From contig VGID01000009.1 of NCBI GenBank assembly GCA_016868035.1, positions 23,881-87,880 of the forward strand: a stretch of DNA of 64,000 nucleotides, written 5' to 3'. The notes beneath the pieces were generated by a model. That model was given only the letters and a program-made list of their open reading frames with translations. It had not been told where the DNA came from and did not search any database. Positions 28,504 to 37,143 of the stretch are shown here, piece by piece. Position 1 is the first letter of the stretch. Each line of letters begins with the position of its first letter. Source of the DNA: Betaproteobacteria bacterium. Its GTDB lineage: Bacteria; Pseudomonadota; Gammaproteobacteria; Burkholderiales; SG8-41. Both the position numbers and the translations under genes were made by a program.

Positions 28504-29478
28504 ATGCGTACCCACAAACTGTTAGCCGCAATCGCCATTCCGGTCGCTCTGACCCTGTCGGCGGCGCATGCCCAGCAGGCGTCCACTTTCCCGGACAGAC
28601 CGATCCGGCTCATCATCGGCAGCGCGCCGGGATCGGGCCCAGACATCCTCTCGCGCGTCCTCGCCGAGAGCCTGTACAAGGTGTGGGGCCAGCGGATCGT
28701 CGTGGATTCGCGGCCCGGCGTGGCCGGCATCATCAGCGCGGAACTGGCGCTGCGCGCGAACCCGGACGGCTACACCTGGATGATGCTGACCTCGCAGCTG
28801 TTCGTCGCAACCTCCGTCTATCCCGATCTCAAGTTCAATCTGGACAAGGATTTCGTCTCGATCGCGCTGATCGGAACGGTGCCGTTCGTGCAGATGGTCA
28901 ACCCGCAGGTCCCGGCGAAGTCGATACCCGAGCTGATCGCGCTCGCGAAAAAGTCCCCGGGGCAACTGCGCTACGGATCGGCCGGCGCCGGGGCGAGCGA
29001 GCATCTCTCCGGGGTCATGTTCGCACGCATGACGGGGACCGAAATGCTGCACGTGCCCTACAAGGGCATCGCCCAGGCCATCGCCGACACGCTGTCGAAT
29101 GAGGTGCAGCTCACTTACGCCGTGCTTCCGGCCGCGCGGCCCCACATCGATGCGGGAAGGCTAAGACCGCTCGGCGTCACCACACCCAAGCGCGCCCCGC
29201 TGTTCCCCGACGTGCCGTCCATCTCGGAAGCGGTGCCCGGCTACGCGATGTTCGGCTGGTACAGCCTCGTCGCCCCGAACGGTACGCCCAACGGGATACT
29301 AGCCAAGGTAAGCGCCGAAGTTGTGAAAGCGGTAAGGGAGCCCGAGTTTGCCGAACGGCACAAAGGGCTGGGGGTCGAAGTCCTCGGCGGCGGGCGCCCG
29401 GAGCTCGATAAGTTCCGCTCTGCGGAGAGAAAGCGGATCACCGAACTCGTCAAGGCGGCGGGGGTGCAGATCAAGTAG
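28504..29478 (+). CDS. Bug family substrate-binding protein (TctC-like)
   Basis: Signal peptide plus FPDRPIRLIIGSAPGSGPD motif. Confidence 0.9.
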   Translation: MRTHKLLAAIAIPVALTLSAAHAQQASTFPDRPIRLIIGSAPGSGPDILSRVLAESLYKVWGQRIVVDSRPGVAGIISAELALRANPDGYTWMMLTSQLFVATSVYPDLKFNLDKDFVSIALIGTVPFVQMVNPQVPAKSIPELIALAKKSPGQLRYGSAGAGASEHLSGVMFARMTGTEMLHVPYKGIAQAIADTLSNEVQLTYAVLPAARPHIDAGRLRPLGVTTPKRAPLFPDVPSISEAVPGYAMFGWYSLVAPNGTPNGILAKVSAEVVKAVREPEFAERHKGLGVEVLGGGRPELDKFRSAERKRITELVKAAGVQIK

Positions 29479-29743
29479 AACCTGTTTCATATATAGGCGC
29501 ATGATGCGTTGCGGCCAGGACGGACCGGATGCAAGGCACCCGACGAAGGCCATATGTCGATATGGTCCAGGAGGGCAACGACGCAGCCGGCCGTCCTGGC
29601 CGCAACCCGCAGGGACGGGGCGATCTGGGCGCATTTCTTCGTCGGGGACCCTCGAAATATCGACATATTCCTTCGGGCCCTCCTCCTTGAACTGCATCCC
29701 ACATCGCCTCCGTCGCACATGTGCCTATATATGAAATAGGTTC
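29478..29743. mobile_element. 266-bp MITE-like element with 26-bp terminal inverted repeats, flanked by TA on both sides
   Basis: Left end gaacctgtttcatatataggcgcatg; the reverse complement of the right end is gaacctatttcatatataggcacatg (24/26). TA at 29476-77 and 29744-45. Nested internal inverted repeats: 16-bp 29508-23/29591-606 and 12-bp 29552-63/29657-68. No credible ORF. Confidence 0.7.
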
Positions 29744-29816
29744 TAGTCACGGCTGGCAGCCTTGACCCGAGTGATGGGCGATGAGTGACGGCTGACGCTA
29801 TAATCGGGTAACCCAT

Positions 29817-29856
29817 TGACGGAGTGGCGCAGCGCGTCACTCCGTCACATTTTTTG
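29817..29856 (+). terminator. intrinsic terminator (10-bp stem plus T6)
   Basis: tgacggagtg / gcgcagcgcgt / cactccgtca followed by cattttttg; probably the Bug gene terminator, displaced by the MITE. Confidence 0.6.
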
Positions 29857-29869
29857 CAGGGAGATACTC

Positions 29870-30694
29870 TTGAAAATCCGGTCTGTTGCATCTCAATTGC
29901 TGCTGGCGCTGTGCTTGATCCCGTTCGCCGGCGCCACGGAATTCGTCGAGACCGCCCCGAAGCCGTACGTTCCGGTCGAGGGTCAGGCGGGCAAGGACGT
30001 GGTCTGGGTGCCCACGCCCTCTGTGCTGGTCGAGAAGATGCTCGACATGGCGAGCGTGACCCCGCAGGACCTGGTCGTGGATCTCGGCTCGGGCGACGGG
30101 CGCAACGTGATCGCGGCGGCCAAGCGCGGGGCCCGGGCGCTCGGCGTGGAATACAACCCGGACCTTGTGGAACTGTCGAAGCGCGCCGCCGCCCAGGAGG
30201 GCGTGGCCGACAAGGCGACGTTCGTGCACGGCGACATGTTCGAGGCCGACATTTCGCAGGCCACGGTCCTCGCGCTGTTCCTGCTGCCCGAAAACCTCAA
30301 GAGGCTCGCCCCGAAGTTCCTCGACCTGAGGCCCGGCGCCCGCATCGTCGCGAATCACTTCGGGATCGAAGGCTGGGAAGCCGACGAGACCGGACGGGCC
30401 GACGGGGAATGCGGGGCCTGGTGCACCGCCCTCCTCTATATCGTGCCGGCGAAAGTCGCGGGCACCTGGCGCCTGCCCGAAGGCGAGCTTACGCTCGAGC
30501 AGAGCTACCAGAAGCTCTCCGGCACGCTCTCCTCGGACGGCACCAGCGCATCGATCACCAACGGACGGCTGCGTGGCGAAGAGATCCGTTTCATGGTGGG
30601 CAGCGCCGAGTACGTGGGCCGCGTGCAAGGGGATATGATGTTCGGCGCGGACGGGACGTGGAACGCGGTGCGCGTTGCGCCCGGTCCCCAGTAA
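29870..30694 (+). CDS. class I SAM-dependent methyltransferase with N-terminal signal sequence
   Basis: VVDLGSGDGRNVI SAM-binding motif; TTG start after GGGAGA; hydrophobic N-terminus. Confidence 0.7.
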   Translation: MKIRSVASQLLLALCLIPFAGATEFVETAPKPYVPVEGQAGKDVVWVPTPSVLVEKMLDMASVTPQDLVVDLGSGDGRNVIAAAKRGARALGVEYNPDLVELSKRAAAQEGVADKATFVHGDMFEADISQATVLALFLLPENLKRLAPKFLDLRPGARIVANHFGIEGWEADETGRADGECGAWCTALLYIVPAKVAGTWRLPEGELTLEQSYQKLSGTLSSDGTSASITNGRLRGEEIRFMVGSAEYVGRVQGDMMFGADGTWNAVRVAPGPQ

Positions 30695-30723
30695 CGGATG
30701 ACGATTCACGACTCACGACTGAC
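30691..30723 (+). repeat. short CACGAGT-type heptad tract filling the intergenic spacer
   Basis: gtaacggatgacgattcacgactcacgactgac; contains the upstream TAA stop. Confidence 0.6.
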
Positions 30724-30729
30724 AAAGAT

Positions 30730-31761
30730 ATGACCATGCGCTGGCTGGCTGCGGTCCGGATTTGCTTGCTGTCAGCTCTGCAACTGTTCGCGGGATCGGC
30801 CGGCATGGCGGTCGTCGTCGCGCCTCTGCTCTGGCTATGGCCGGATGCCGCATCCGCGCAGAAGTTCCCTTCCAAGCCGCTGCGCATCGTCGTCAGGGCT
30901 CCCCCCGGCGGTGCCGACGATCTGCATGCGCGCGTGATGGCGCCGAGGCTGGGAGACGTCCTCGGCCAGCGGGTGATTCCCGATTACCGCCCCGGCGCGG
31001 GCGGTCTGGTCGCGTGGGAGATCGTCGCGAAGTCGCCGCCCGACGGCTACACGCTGCTGCTCGCCGCTTCGGGGCTCGCCGCGATCCGCAGCCTGCGCGC
31101 CGACGCGACCGCCGTGGATCCATGGCGCGATTTCGCATGGGTCTCGCAGGTCGCGAACTTCCCGCTGGTGCTCACGGTACACCCTTCGCTGCCGACGAAA
31201 ACGCTCAAGGATCTCGTTGCGCTCGCGCGCAAGCGGCCGGGCGAGCTCAACTACGGCTCATCGGGCGTCGGCGCCACGCCGCACCTGGCGGCCGAGTACT
31301 TCAAGGCCGTCGCCAAGATCGACATCCGCCACGTTCCGTACAAGGGCGCGTCCCCGATGTATCTCGACCTGCTGGGCGGGCGCATCGAGATGGGTGCCTC
31401 GGTCATCGGGAGCGCGATCCCGCACATCCGCAACGGCAAGCTGCGCGCGATGGGAGTCACGTCGGTGACGCGCTCCGCGCAGCTGCCGGAGGCCCCGACC
31501 ATCGCGGAAGGGGGATTCCCCGGATTCGAGTTTTTGCCGTTCTACGCGCTGGTGGTGGCCGCCGGCACCCCGCGTGAGATCGTCTCTACGCTCTCCGAAG
31601 CGATCGGGAAGACCATTTCGACGCCGGAAGTGCGCGAGCAGATCATCAGGGCCGGCTCCGAGCCCGCATCCAACACGCCGGAGCAGATGCTGCAACTGGC
31701 GAGAAAAGGCGCCGCGCAGATCGAAGAGATCGTGCGCACGGCCAACATCAAGCCGGAGTAG
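30730..31761 (+). CDS. Bug family substrate-binding protein (TctC-like)
   Basis: Signal/TM N-terminus plus FPSKPLRIVVRAPPGGADD motif. Confidence 0.9.
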   Translation: MTMRWLAAVRICLLSALQLFAGSAGMAVVVAPLLWLWPDAASAQKFPSKPLRIVVRAPPGGADDLHARVMAPRLGDVLGQRVIPDYRPGAGGLVAWEIVAKSPPDGYTLLLAASGLAAIRSLRADATAVDPWRDFAWVSQVANFPLVLTVHPSLPTKTLKDLVALARKRPGELNYGSSGVGATPHLAAEYFKAVAKIDIRHVPYKGASPMYLDLLGGRIEMGASVIGSAIPHIRNGKLRAMGVTSVTRSAQLPEAPTIAEGGFPGFEFLPFYALVVAAGTPREIVSTLSEAIGKTISTPEVREQIIRAGSEPASNTPEQMLQLARKGAAQIEEIVRTANIKPE

Positions 31762-31920
31762 AGCGGAAGACAGCCGCGGCGCGCGCATGATCCGCCCGCC
31801 GTCCGCCCGGCGCGATGCCGGACCGCATCGCGCTTCCAACCCGCGATTGCCGATCCGCGCTGCGGAGGGAGCGCCGCGGCAGGGCGGCCCGGCCTATATT
31901 CTGATCAGACGGGAGCACCC

Positions 31921-33423
31921 ATGGCACGCATCGCTGTCGGCGGATTTCACCACGAGACGAATTGCTTCGTGCCGGCACGCACCGATTTCGAGTATTTCGC
32001 CGCTCACCGCGACCGCCCTCCCCTGGTGCGCGGACCCGACGTGATCAAGTGGCTGTCCAACACCAGCTTTGCGCTTTCAGGCTTCCTCGCGCAGATGGGA
32101 TCCGCGCACGACTACGTGCCGCTGGTATGGGCGAGCGGAGGCGCGGGAGGCTATGTGACGCGCGACGCGTTCGAGCGCATCACCGGCGAGCTGGTCGGAA
32201 CCCTGTCGAGGGGCATGCCGGTGGATGCCGCTTACCTCGACCTGCACGGCGCAATGGTCACCGAGGACTTCGAGGACGCGGAGGGCGAGCTCCTGCGGCG
32301 GGTGCGCGCTGCCGTGGGCGAGCGCGTTCCGATCGTGATCAGCCTCGACTACCATGCCAACGTGACCCCGGAGATGGTGCGCTACACCGACGGGCTCGTC
32401 GGCTACCAGACCTACCCGCACGTCGACCGCAAGGAAACCGGGCAGCGCGCGGCGAAGGTGCTTGCGGCGGTGATCTCGCGCGGGCGCCCGGGCGGGCGGG
32501 CGCTGCACAAGACGTCGTTCCTGATTCCTCTGAATGCGCAATGCACGATGATGGAGCCGTCGAAAACGATCATCGAGAAAGCCGCGCGCCTCGAGGGCGG
32601 CGACGTGCTCAACGTGTCGTATCTCGCGGGCTTCCCGCCTTCGGACCTCTACCATTGCGGGCCCTCGGTGGTGGTGCACGCCTACACGCAGGCGCAGGCG
32701 GACGCGGCGGCCGACGCGCTCGCGCGGGAGGTTGCGCTGCGGGAACCCGAGTTTGCGCAGCCGCTGCTCGAGCCGGACGACGCGGTGCGCGAGGCGATGC
32801 GCATCGCCGCCGACGCGCGCCGCCCGGTAGTCCTCGCGGACACGCAGGATAACCCGGGCGCCGGGGGCAGCGGGGACACCACGGGCCTGCTCGAAGCGCT
32901 GGTGCGCAACGGGGCGCAGCAGGCCGCGCTCGGGATCTTCTGCGATGCGGAAGCCGCGGCGGCCGCGCACCGCGCCGGAGAGAATGCCGAGGTCTCGATC
33001 GCGCTCGGCGGCAAGTCCGGACCCGAAGGCGTCATGCCCTACGCTGCGAAATTTCGCGTGGCGCGGCTCGGCGACGGCCGCATGCGCACCACCGGCCCCT
33101 CGGTGGGCGGCCGGGACATCGACCTGGGCCCGATGGCGCTGCTGCGCGTCGGCGGCGTGAGCGTCGTGGTGAGCAGCAAGCGCATGCAGGCGCACGACCA
33201 GGCTCCGTTCCGCCATCTCGGCGTCGAGCCGAAAGAGCAGAAAATCCTGGCGCTCAAGAGCACGGTGCACTTCCGCGCCGATTTCCAGCCGATCGCGCAG
33301 GAAGTCCTGGTCGTTCTGGCGCCGGGCGGGTACGTCGCGGACGCCACGAAATACCCGTTCAAGAGGCTGCGTCCCGGCGTGCGCCTTTACCCACTGGGAC
33401 CGGAGTTCGCCGGCCCGCGCTGA
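31921..33423 (+). CDS. M81 family metallopeptidase (MlrC-like)
   Basis: MARIAVGGFHHETNCF N-terminus characteristic of MlrC-like proteins; 500 aa. Confidence 0.85.
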   Translation: MARIAVGGFHHETNCFVPARTDFEYFAAHRDRPPLVRGPDVIKWLSNTSFALSGFLAQMGSAHDYVPLVWASGGAGGYVTRDAFERITGELVGTLSRGMPVDAAYLDLHGAMVTEDFEDAEGELLRRVRAAVGERVPIVISLDYHANVTPEMVRYTDGLVGYQTYPHVDRKETGQRAAKVLAAVISRGRPGGRALHKTSFLIPLNAQCTMMEPSKTIIEKAARLEGGDVLNVSYLAGFPPSDLYHCGPSVVVHAYTQAQADAAADALAREVALREPEFAQPLLEPDDAVREAMRIAADARRPVVLADTQDNPGAGGSGDTTGLLEALVRNGAQQAALGIFCDAEAAAAAHRAGENAEVSIALGGKSGPEGVMPYAAKFRVARLGDGRMRTTGPSVGGRDIDLGPMALLRVGGVSVVVSSKRMQAHDQAPFRHLGVEPKEQKILALKSTVHFRADFQPIAQEVLVVLAPGGYVADATKYPFKRLRPGVRLYPLGPEFAGPR

Positions 33424-33424
33424 A

Positions 33425-33465
33425 GAGTAACGGGGCACGATTCACCAGTCACCAGTCACGATTTT
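33425..33465 (+). repeat. short CACGAGT-type heptad tract
   Basis: gagtaacggggcacgattcaccagtcaccagtcacgatttt. Confidence 0.6.
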
Positions 33466-33482
33466 GAAGGAAAGCGCTGCCT

Positions 33483-33842
33483 ATGCCCATTACCGGACAA
33501 TGGATCTTTACGGCCGCCATGGACGTGGACCCGGACAAGGAGGCTCTGTTCAACGAGGTCTACGACAAGGAGCACCTGCCGTCCATCAAGAAGGTGCCGG
33601 GCGTGATCTCGGCCACGCGCGTGAAGCTCGATACGCTACGCGTCACCATCGGCGGCGAGACCCGGACCGTCGAGCCGCAAGGCGCGCCCCGGTATGCCGC
33701 GATCTTCGAGCTCGAGAGCCCGGACGTGCTGGTGAGCGCCGCGTTCGCACATGCGGTCGAGCAGGGACGCTGGCCGACGCAGGTGCGGCCCTATACGCGC
33801 AACCGGCGGCATACGCTGCACCGCGTGATCAGCAGCGAGTGA
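33483..33842 (+). CDS. small conserved hypothetical protein (EthD/DUF4286-like, tentative)
   Basis: 119-aa ORF with good coding character; family assignment uncertain. Confidence 0.4.
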   Translation: MPITGQWIFTAAMDVDPDKEALFNEVYDKEHLPSIKKVPGVISATRVKLDTLRVTIGGETRTVEPQGAPRYAAIFELESPDVLVSAAFAHAVEQGRWPTQVRPYTRNRRHTLHRVISSE

Positions 33843-33851
33843 CGGGCGCCC

Positions 33852-33980
33852 CGTTCCATGTTCGGAGTTCCGAGTTCAAGGTGATGGGTCTTCGTCGGAA
33901 ACTCTGAACATCGGACGTTGAACCTTGAACGTTGAACCTTGAACTACGAGCCGGGCAGAGACCGCTGGCGAGTCACGATT
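33852..33980 (+). repeat. family-A heptad palindrome
   Basis: cgttccatgttcggagttccgagttcaagg / loop tgatgggtcttcgtcggaaa / ctctgaacatcggacgttgaaccttgaacgttgaaccttgaac / tail gagtcacgattcacg, which overlaps the exonuclease stop. Confidence 0.75.
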
Positions 33981-34584
33981 CACGCCGTTCCGGCAGCAGT
34001 CCCAGGCTCTTGAAACGCAGGAACAATTCGCGGCAGGCCCAGGCATCCGTGGCGGCGTAGGTAATCTGCGCCGCAGAGAGCTGGCGCGCGGCCCAGTTCG
34101 ACGTACGGTTGCCTTTGGGTATCCGGAACCCGAGAAACATCCCCGCGAGATTGCGCACTCCTGTCTGGCCGAGGCCGCGGCGGCGCGCGACCACGCCCAG
34201 GTCGAGCACATTCTCCACCGTGAACGGGAATACCAGCTGGAGCTGGCGCAGATCGTGCGCCAGCCCGACGCCGACCTTGATGATGGCCGGCGACGCCAAC
34301 AGCTCGACGAGGGCGGGGAAAACATCCAGGCGATGGAGCTGGAACAGATACACCGCCCGGGCCGTGGCCGCTTGCACCAGGCACGGAAGATGGCTCTCGC
34401 CCTTCCGGAACGAGGGCCGCGTCTCCGTATCGAGCCCGACGACGCGTTCCTGGCGGATGTCCGCCCGCGCCTGCTCCAGGTCGCGCAACGTCGCCACCAG
34501 GGACACCCTGCCCTCATACCGGCGGATCGGCAGGTTCGCGATTTCCTCCCTGGAAATAGAGCGCGGGTTTCCGGCTTGCGACAT
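33973..34584 (-). CDS. 3'-5' exonuclease (DEDDy, RNase D/WRN-like) domain protein
   Basis: VVGLDTETRP (Exo I), NVLDLG region, and YAATDAW (Exo III) motifs. Confidence 0.8.
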   Translation of the reverse strand: MSQAGNPRSISREEIANLPIRRYEGRVSLVATLRDLEQARADIRQERVVGLDTETRPSFRKGESHLPCLVQAATARAVYLFQLHRLDVFPALVELLASPAIIKVGVGLAHDLRQLQLVFPFTVENVLDLGVVARRRGLGQTGVRNLAGMFLGFRIPKGNRTSNWAARQLSAAQITYAATDAWACRELFLRFKSLGLLPERRES

Positions 34585-34644
34585 CAGATGAATATGGGGC
34601 AGCCGTCCGTTTTTTGCAATGTAGTGACGGGAGACGAGAGGGCG

Positions 34645-34795
34645 AACCCCAAGTCGGAAGGCGAAAGTCGAAAGGCGAAAGTGAGGCTACGTTACCGCAC
34701 TATACTTTCGACTTCCGACTTTCGACTTTTCCCTTCGGGTAGCGAGTCACTCGTCACCAGTCACCAGTCACGAGCAACGGGCAACGAGAAGTGCT
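34645..34795 (-). repeat. family-B intergenic repeat, copy 2 (inverted relative to copy 1), followed by a CACCAGT/CACGAG heptad tract
   Basis: The reverse complement of 34645-34762 aligns with 5238-5350; the tract is gtcaccagtcaccagtcacgagcaacgggcaacgag. Confidence 0.75.
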
Positions 34796-34833
34796 AGACT
34801 AGCGCCTGGTCAATTTCGAAAGGAGGTGATCCC

Positions 34834-34917
34834 GTGAGAGACCTACAAGGCAGCACCGACCTGCACGGCTCGAACCGCGGATCCACCCGCACCGAAAGGA
34901 AGTTCGACCGGCGCTAG
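34834..34917 (+). CDS. 27-codon micro-ORF (MRDLQGSTDLHGSNRGSTRTERKFDRR) with an extended Shine-Dalgarno; the locus may instead be an sRNA
   Basis: AAAGGAGGTGATCC lies 3 nt upstream of the GTG; an intrinsic terminator follows 23 nt after the stop; not in the ORF track (too short). Confidence 0.3.
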   Translation: MRDLQGSTDLHGSNRGSTRTERKFDRR

Positions 34918-34939
34918 GCCGGCGTGCCTGAGTAACACG

Positions 34940-34978
34940 GACGCCCCGCGGACCTTGTGTCCCCGGGGCGTCTTTTTT
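34940..34978 (+). terminator. intrinsic terminator (9-bp GC stem plus T6)
   Basis: gacgccccg / cggaccttgtgtccc / cggggcgtc / tttttt. Confidence 0.65.
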
Positions 34979-35013
34979 GGGGATTGAGGATCCGCACCCG
35001 AGCACAACGAACC

Positions 35014-35781
35014 ATGCCCGCGCTCTACAAGAAATGCCCGAAGTGCGGCCACGAGCGCGCACCGGACGAGACCGCACCCGACGATACCTGCCCCGCGTGC
35101 GGGCTGATCTTCGCGAAGTATCTCAAGTCGAAATTCGCGTCACCGGACGACCCGCGGGTGCAGAGCGGGCCGACCCTCGTGGACGAGACGACGCTGCCTG
35201 CCCGCGCGAAGGCGCTGCTGTTTCACGTGCCCGATGAAGTCAACCCGCTCCACGTCTACGCGCGCGCCGCGCTGCTCGCCGCGCTCGTCGCCTACGGGGG
35301 GAAGCTCGCCGCGATGGACATCCCGTCGTGGGAAATGGCCTCGTCGCTGATCCACGCGACGATGGTACCGTTCCACGAATTCGGCCACATCCTGTTCCGC
35401 CCGTTCGGGGAATTCCTGATGCTGCTCGGAGGCTCGCTGTTCCAGGCCGGGCTTCCGCTCGTGCTCGGCGGCATCTTCCTCGTGAAGAACCGCGACCCGT
35501 TCGCCGCCGCGGTGATGTTGTGGTGGTCGGCCGTGGCGGTCATGGACACTGCGCCCTATATCTACGACGCGCAGCAGCCGCAGCACGTGCTGCTCACCGG
35601 CCGCACCGGTGACACCGGAGCCCACGATTTCATCGACGTGCTGGGCGATCTGGGGCTCCTGGACCGCGCGCAGGCCGTCGGGCGCGCGACGCACGCGTTC
35701 GGCGTCGTGATGCTCCTCGCCTCTTTCGCATGGGCGGGTGCGATGGTGTGGATGCAGCACCAGCGCAGATCCGGGCGCTGA
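35014..35781 (+). CDS. zinc-ribbon domain membrane protein, function unknown
   Basis: N-terminal CPKCG...CPACG zinc ribbon, then several TM segments. Confidence 0.55.
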   Translation: MPALYKKCPKCGHERAPDETAPDDTCPACGLIFAKYLKSKFASPDDPRVQSGPTLVDETTLPARAKALLFHVPDEVNPLHVYARAALLAALVAYGGKLAAMDIPSWEMASSLIHATMVPFHEFGHILFRPFGEFLMLLGGSLFQAGLPLVLGGIFLVKNRDPFAAAVMLWWSAVAVMDTAPYIYDAQQPQHVLLTGRTGDTGAHDFIDVLGDLGLLDRAQAVGRATHAFGVVMLLASFAWAGAMVWMQHQRRSGR

Positions 35782-35971
35782 CCGCATCACCTCCGATTCT
35801 CGTCACTCGTCACGCGCACCAGGCATGCACGGCCCCCGCGCTATTCCGCATTTCCGTGCGCTAGATCAATTCCCGTCGGCGCCCGCCGGATACAACGAAA
35901 AAGTAAGCTGCCCTGGGTGCGGCGCGGTGAATGCTTTTGTTTAGACCGCACCCGCATTTCCAACAACCGTC

Positions 35972-37093
35972 ATGAGGTGTACTGTGAAAAAGCTGCTGGT
36001 TCTGGTACTGACGAGTCTCATCCCCGCCCTCGGCCTCGCCGCCGGCGGCGGGCTCGAAGGCTACGAAGTCGGCAAGCAGGCGAACATCAAAGGGCTGAAG
36101 CGGGTCGTGCAGGAGCTCGCGCCCCCGCCGGGCGTGCCAAAGCACGAGCAGACCGCCACCGGCGGCCCGAAGATGGTGCAGGTGCGCATGGTCATGGAGG
36201 AGAAGGAGATCGAGATCGAGCCGGGCGTGTTCCTGTGGGCGTTCACCTACAACGGCAGCGTTCCGGGTCCGCTCATCATCGCGCACGAGGGCGACTACAT
36301 CGAGCTCACCCTCGTCAACGCCAAGACCAACCACCTCCCGCACAACATCGACTTCCACGCCGCAACCGGCGCGCTGGGTGGCGGGGAGCTCACGCTCATC
36401 AACCCGGACGAGGAGGTCGTCCTGCGCTGGAAGGCGGTGAAGACCGGCGTCTTCATCTACCACTGCGCACCGGGCGGTGCGATGGTGCCATGGCACGTGG
36501 TGCACGGCATGAACGGCGCGATCATGATTTTGCCGCGCGACGGGCTGAAGGACGGTGCGGGCAAGCGAATCAGGTACGATCGCGCCTACTACATTGGCGA
36601 GCAGGGCTATTACGTGCCCAAGGACGCGCAGGGCAAGTACAAGCGCTACGCGAGCCCCACCCTCTCGCTCAACGACGATCTCAACGCGATGCGCGGCCTC
36701 ATACCCACGCACGTCGTCTTCGGCGACAAAGTGGGCGCCCTCACCGGAAAGAACGCGATGACGTCGAAGGTCGGCGAGACCGTGCTCTTCATCCACTCGC
36801 AGGCGAACCGCCCGTCGTACCCGCGTCTCATCGGCGGCCACGCCGAATACGTGTGGGAGCGCGGCAACTTCATCGACCCGCCGCAACGCGGCCTTGAGAG
36901 CTGGGTGATTGCGGCAGGCTCGGCCGGCGCGTTCGTCTACACGTTCCGCCAGCCCGGGACCTACGTGTACCTGTCGCACAACCTGATCGAGGCGTTCCTG
37001 CTCGGCGCGATCTCCCACGTCAAGGTCGAGGGCAAGTGGGACAACGATCTCATGGAGCAGGTCCGCAAGCCCGGGCCGATCAGGAGCAAGTAG
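35972..37093 (+). CDS. nirK: copper-containing nitrite reductase
   Basis: Signal peptide; HNIDFHAATG and CAPGGAMVPWHVVHGMNGAIMILP copper-ligand motifs. Confidence 0.9.
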   Translation: MRCTVKKLLVLVLTSLIPALGLAAGGGLEGYEVGKQANIKGLKRVVQELAPPPGVPKHEQTATGGPKMVQVRMVMEEKEIEIEPGVFLWAFTYNGSVPGPLIIAHEGDYIELTLVNAKTNHLPHNIDFHAATGALGGGELTLINPDEEVVLRWKAVKTGVFIYHCAPGGAMVPWHVVHGMNGAIMILPRDGLKDGAGKRIRYDRAYYIGEQGYYVPKDAQGKYKRYASPTLSLNDDLNAMRGLIPTHVVFGDKVGALTGKNAMTSKVGETVLFIHSQANRPSYPRLIGGHAEYVWERGNFIDPPQRGLESWVIAAGSAGAFVYTFRQPGTYVYLSHNLIEAFLLGAISHVKVEGKWDNDLMEQVRKPGPIRSK

Positions 37094-37143
37094 CGCGTGC
37101 GTCGCGGCAGGACACCGCCGCGCGTTTGCGCTAGTGTAGGCGC

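Noticed and set aside
29799-29804. A perfect TATAAT hexamer upstream of the methyltransferase gene, as a possible promoter
   Set aside because: No acceptable -35 element at 16-19 bp spacing (the nearest TTGACC is 31 bp away) and no TG extension. It is immediately followed by a terminator hairpin. Not supportable as a promoter from sequence alone.
29487-29891. Small ORFs (76-139 aa) overlapping the 266-bp MITE on both strands
   Set aside because: They are mutually overlapping, cross the element boundaries, and have non-protein-like composition. The element is better explained by its inverted-repeat structure.
35782-35971. An FNR/NnrR-type binding box upstream of nirK
   Set aside because: Only partial half-sites (gatcaa, ttgt) are present, with no dyad of the TTGAT-N4-ATCAA or TTGCG-N4-CGCAA type.
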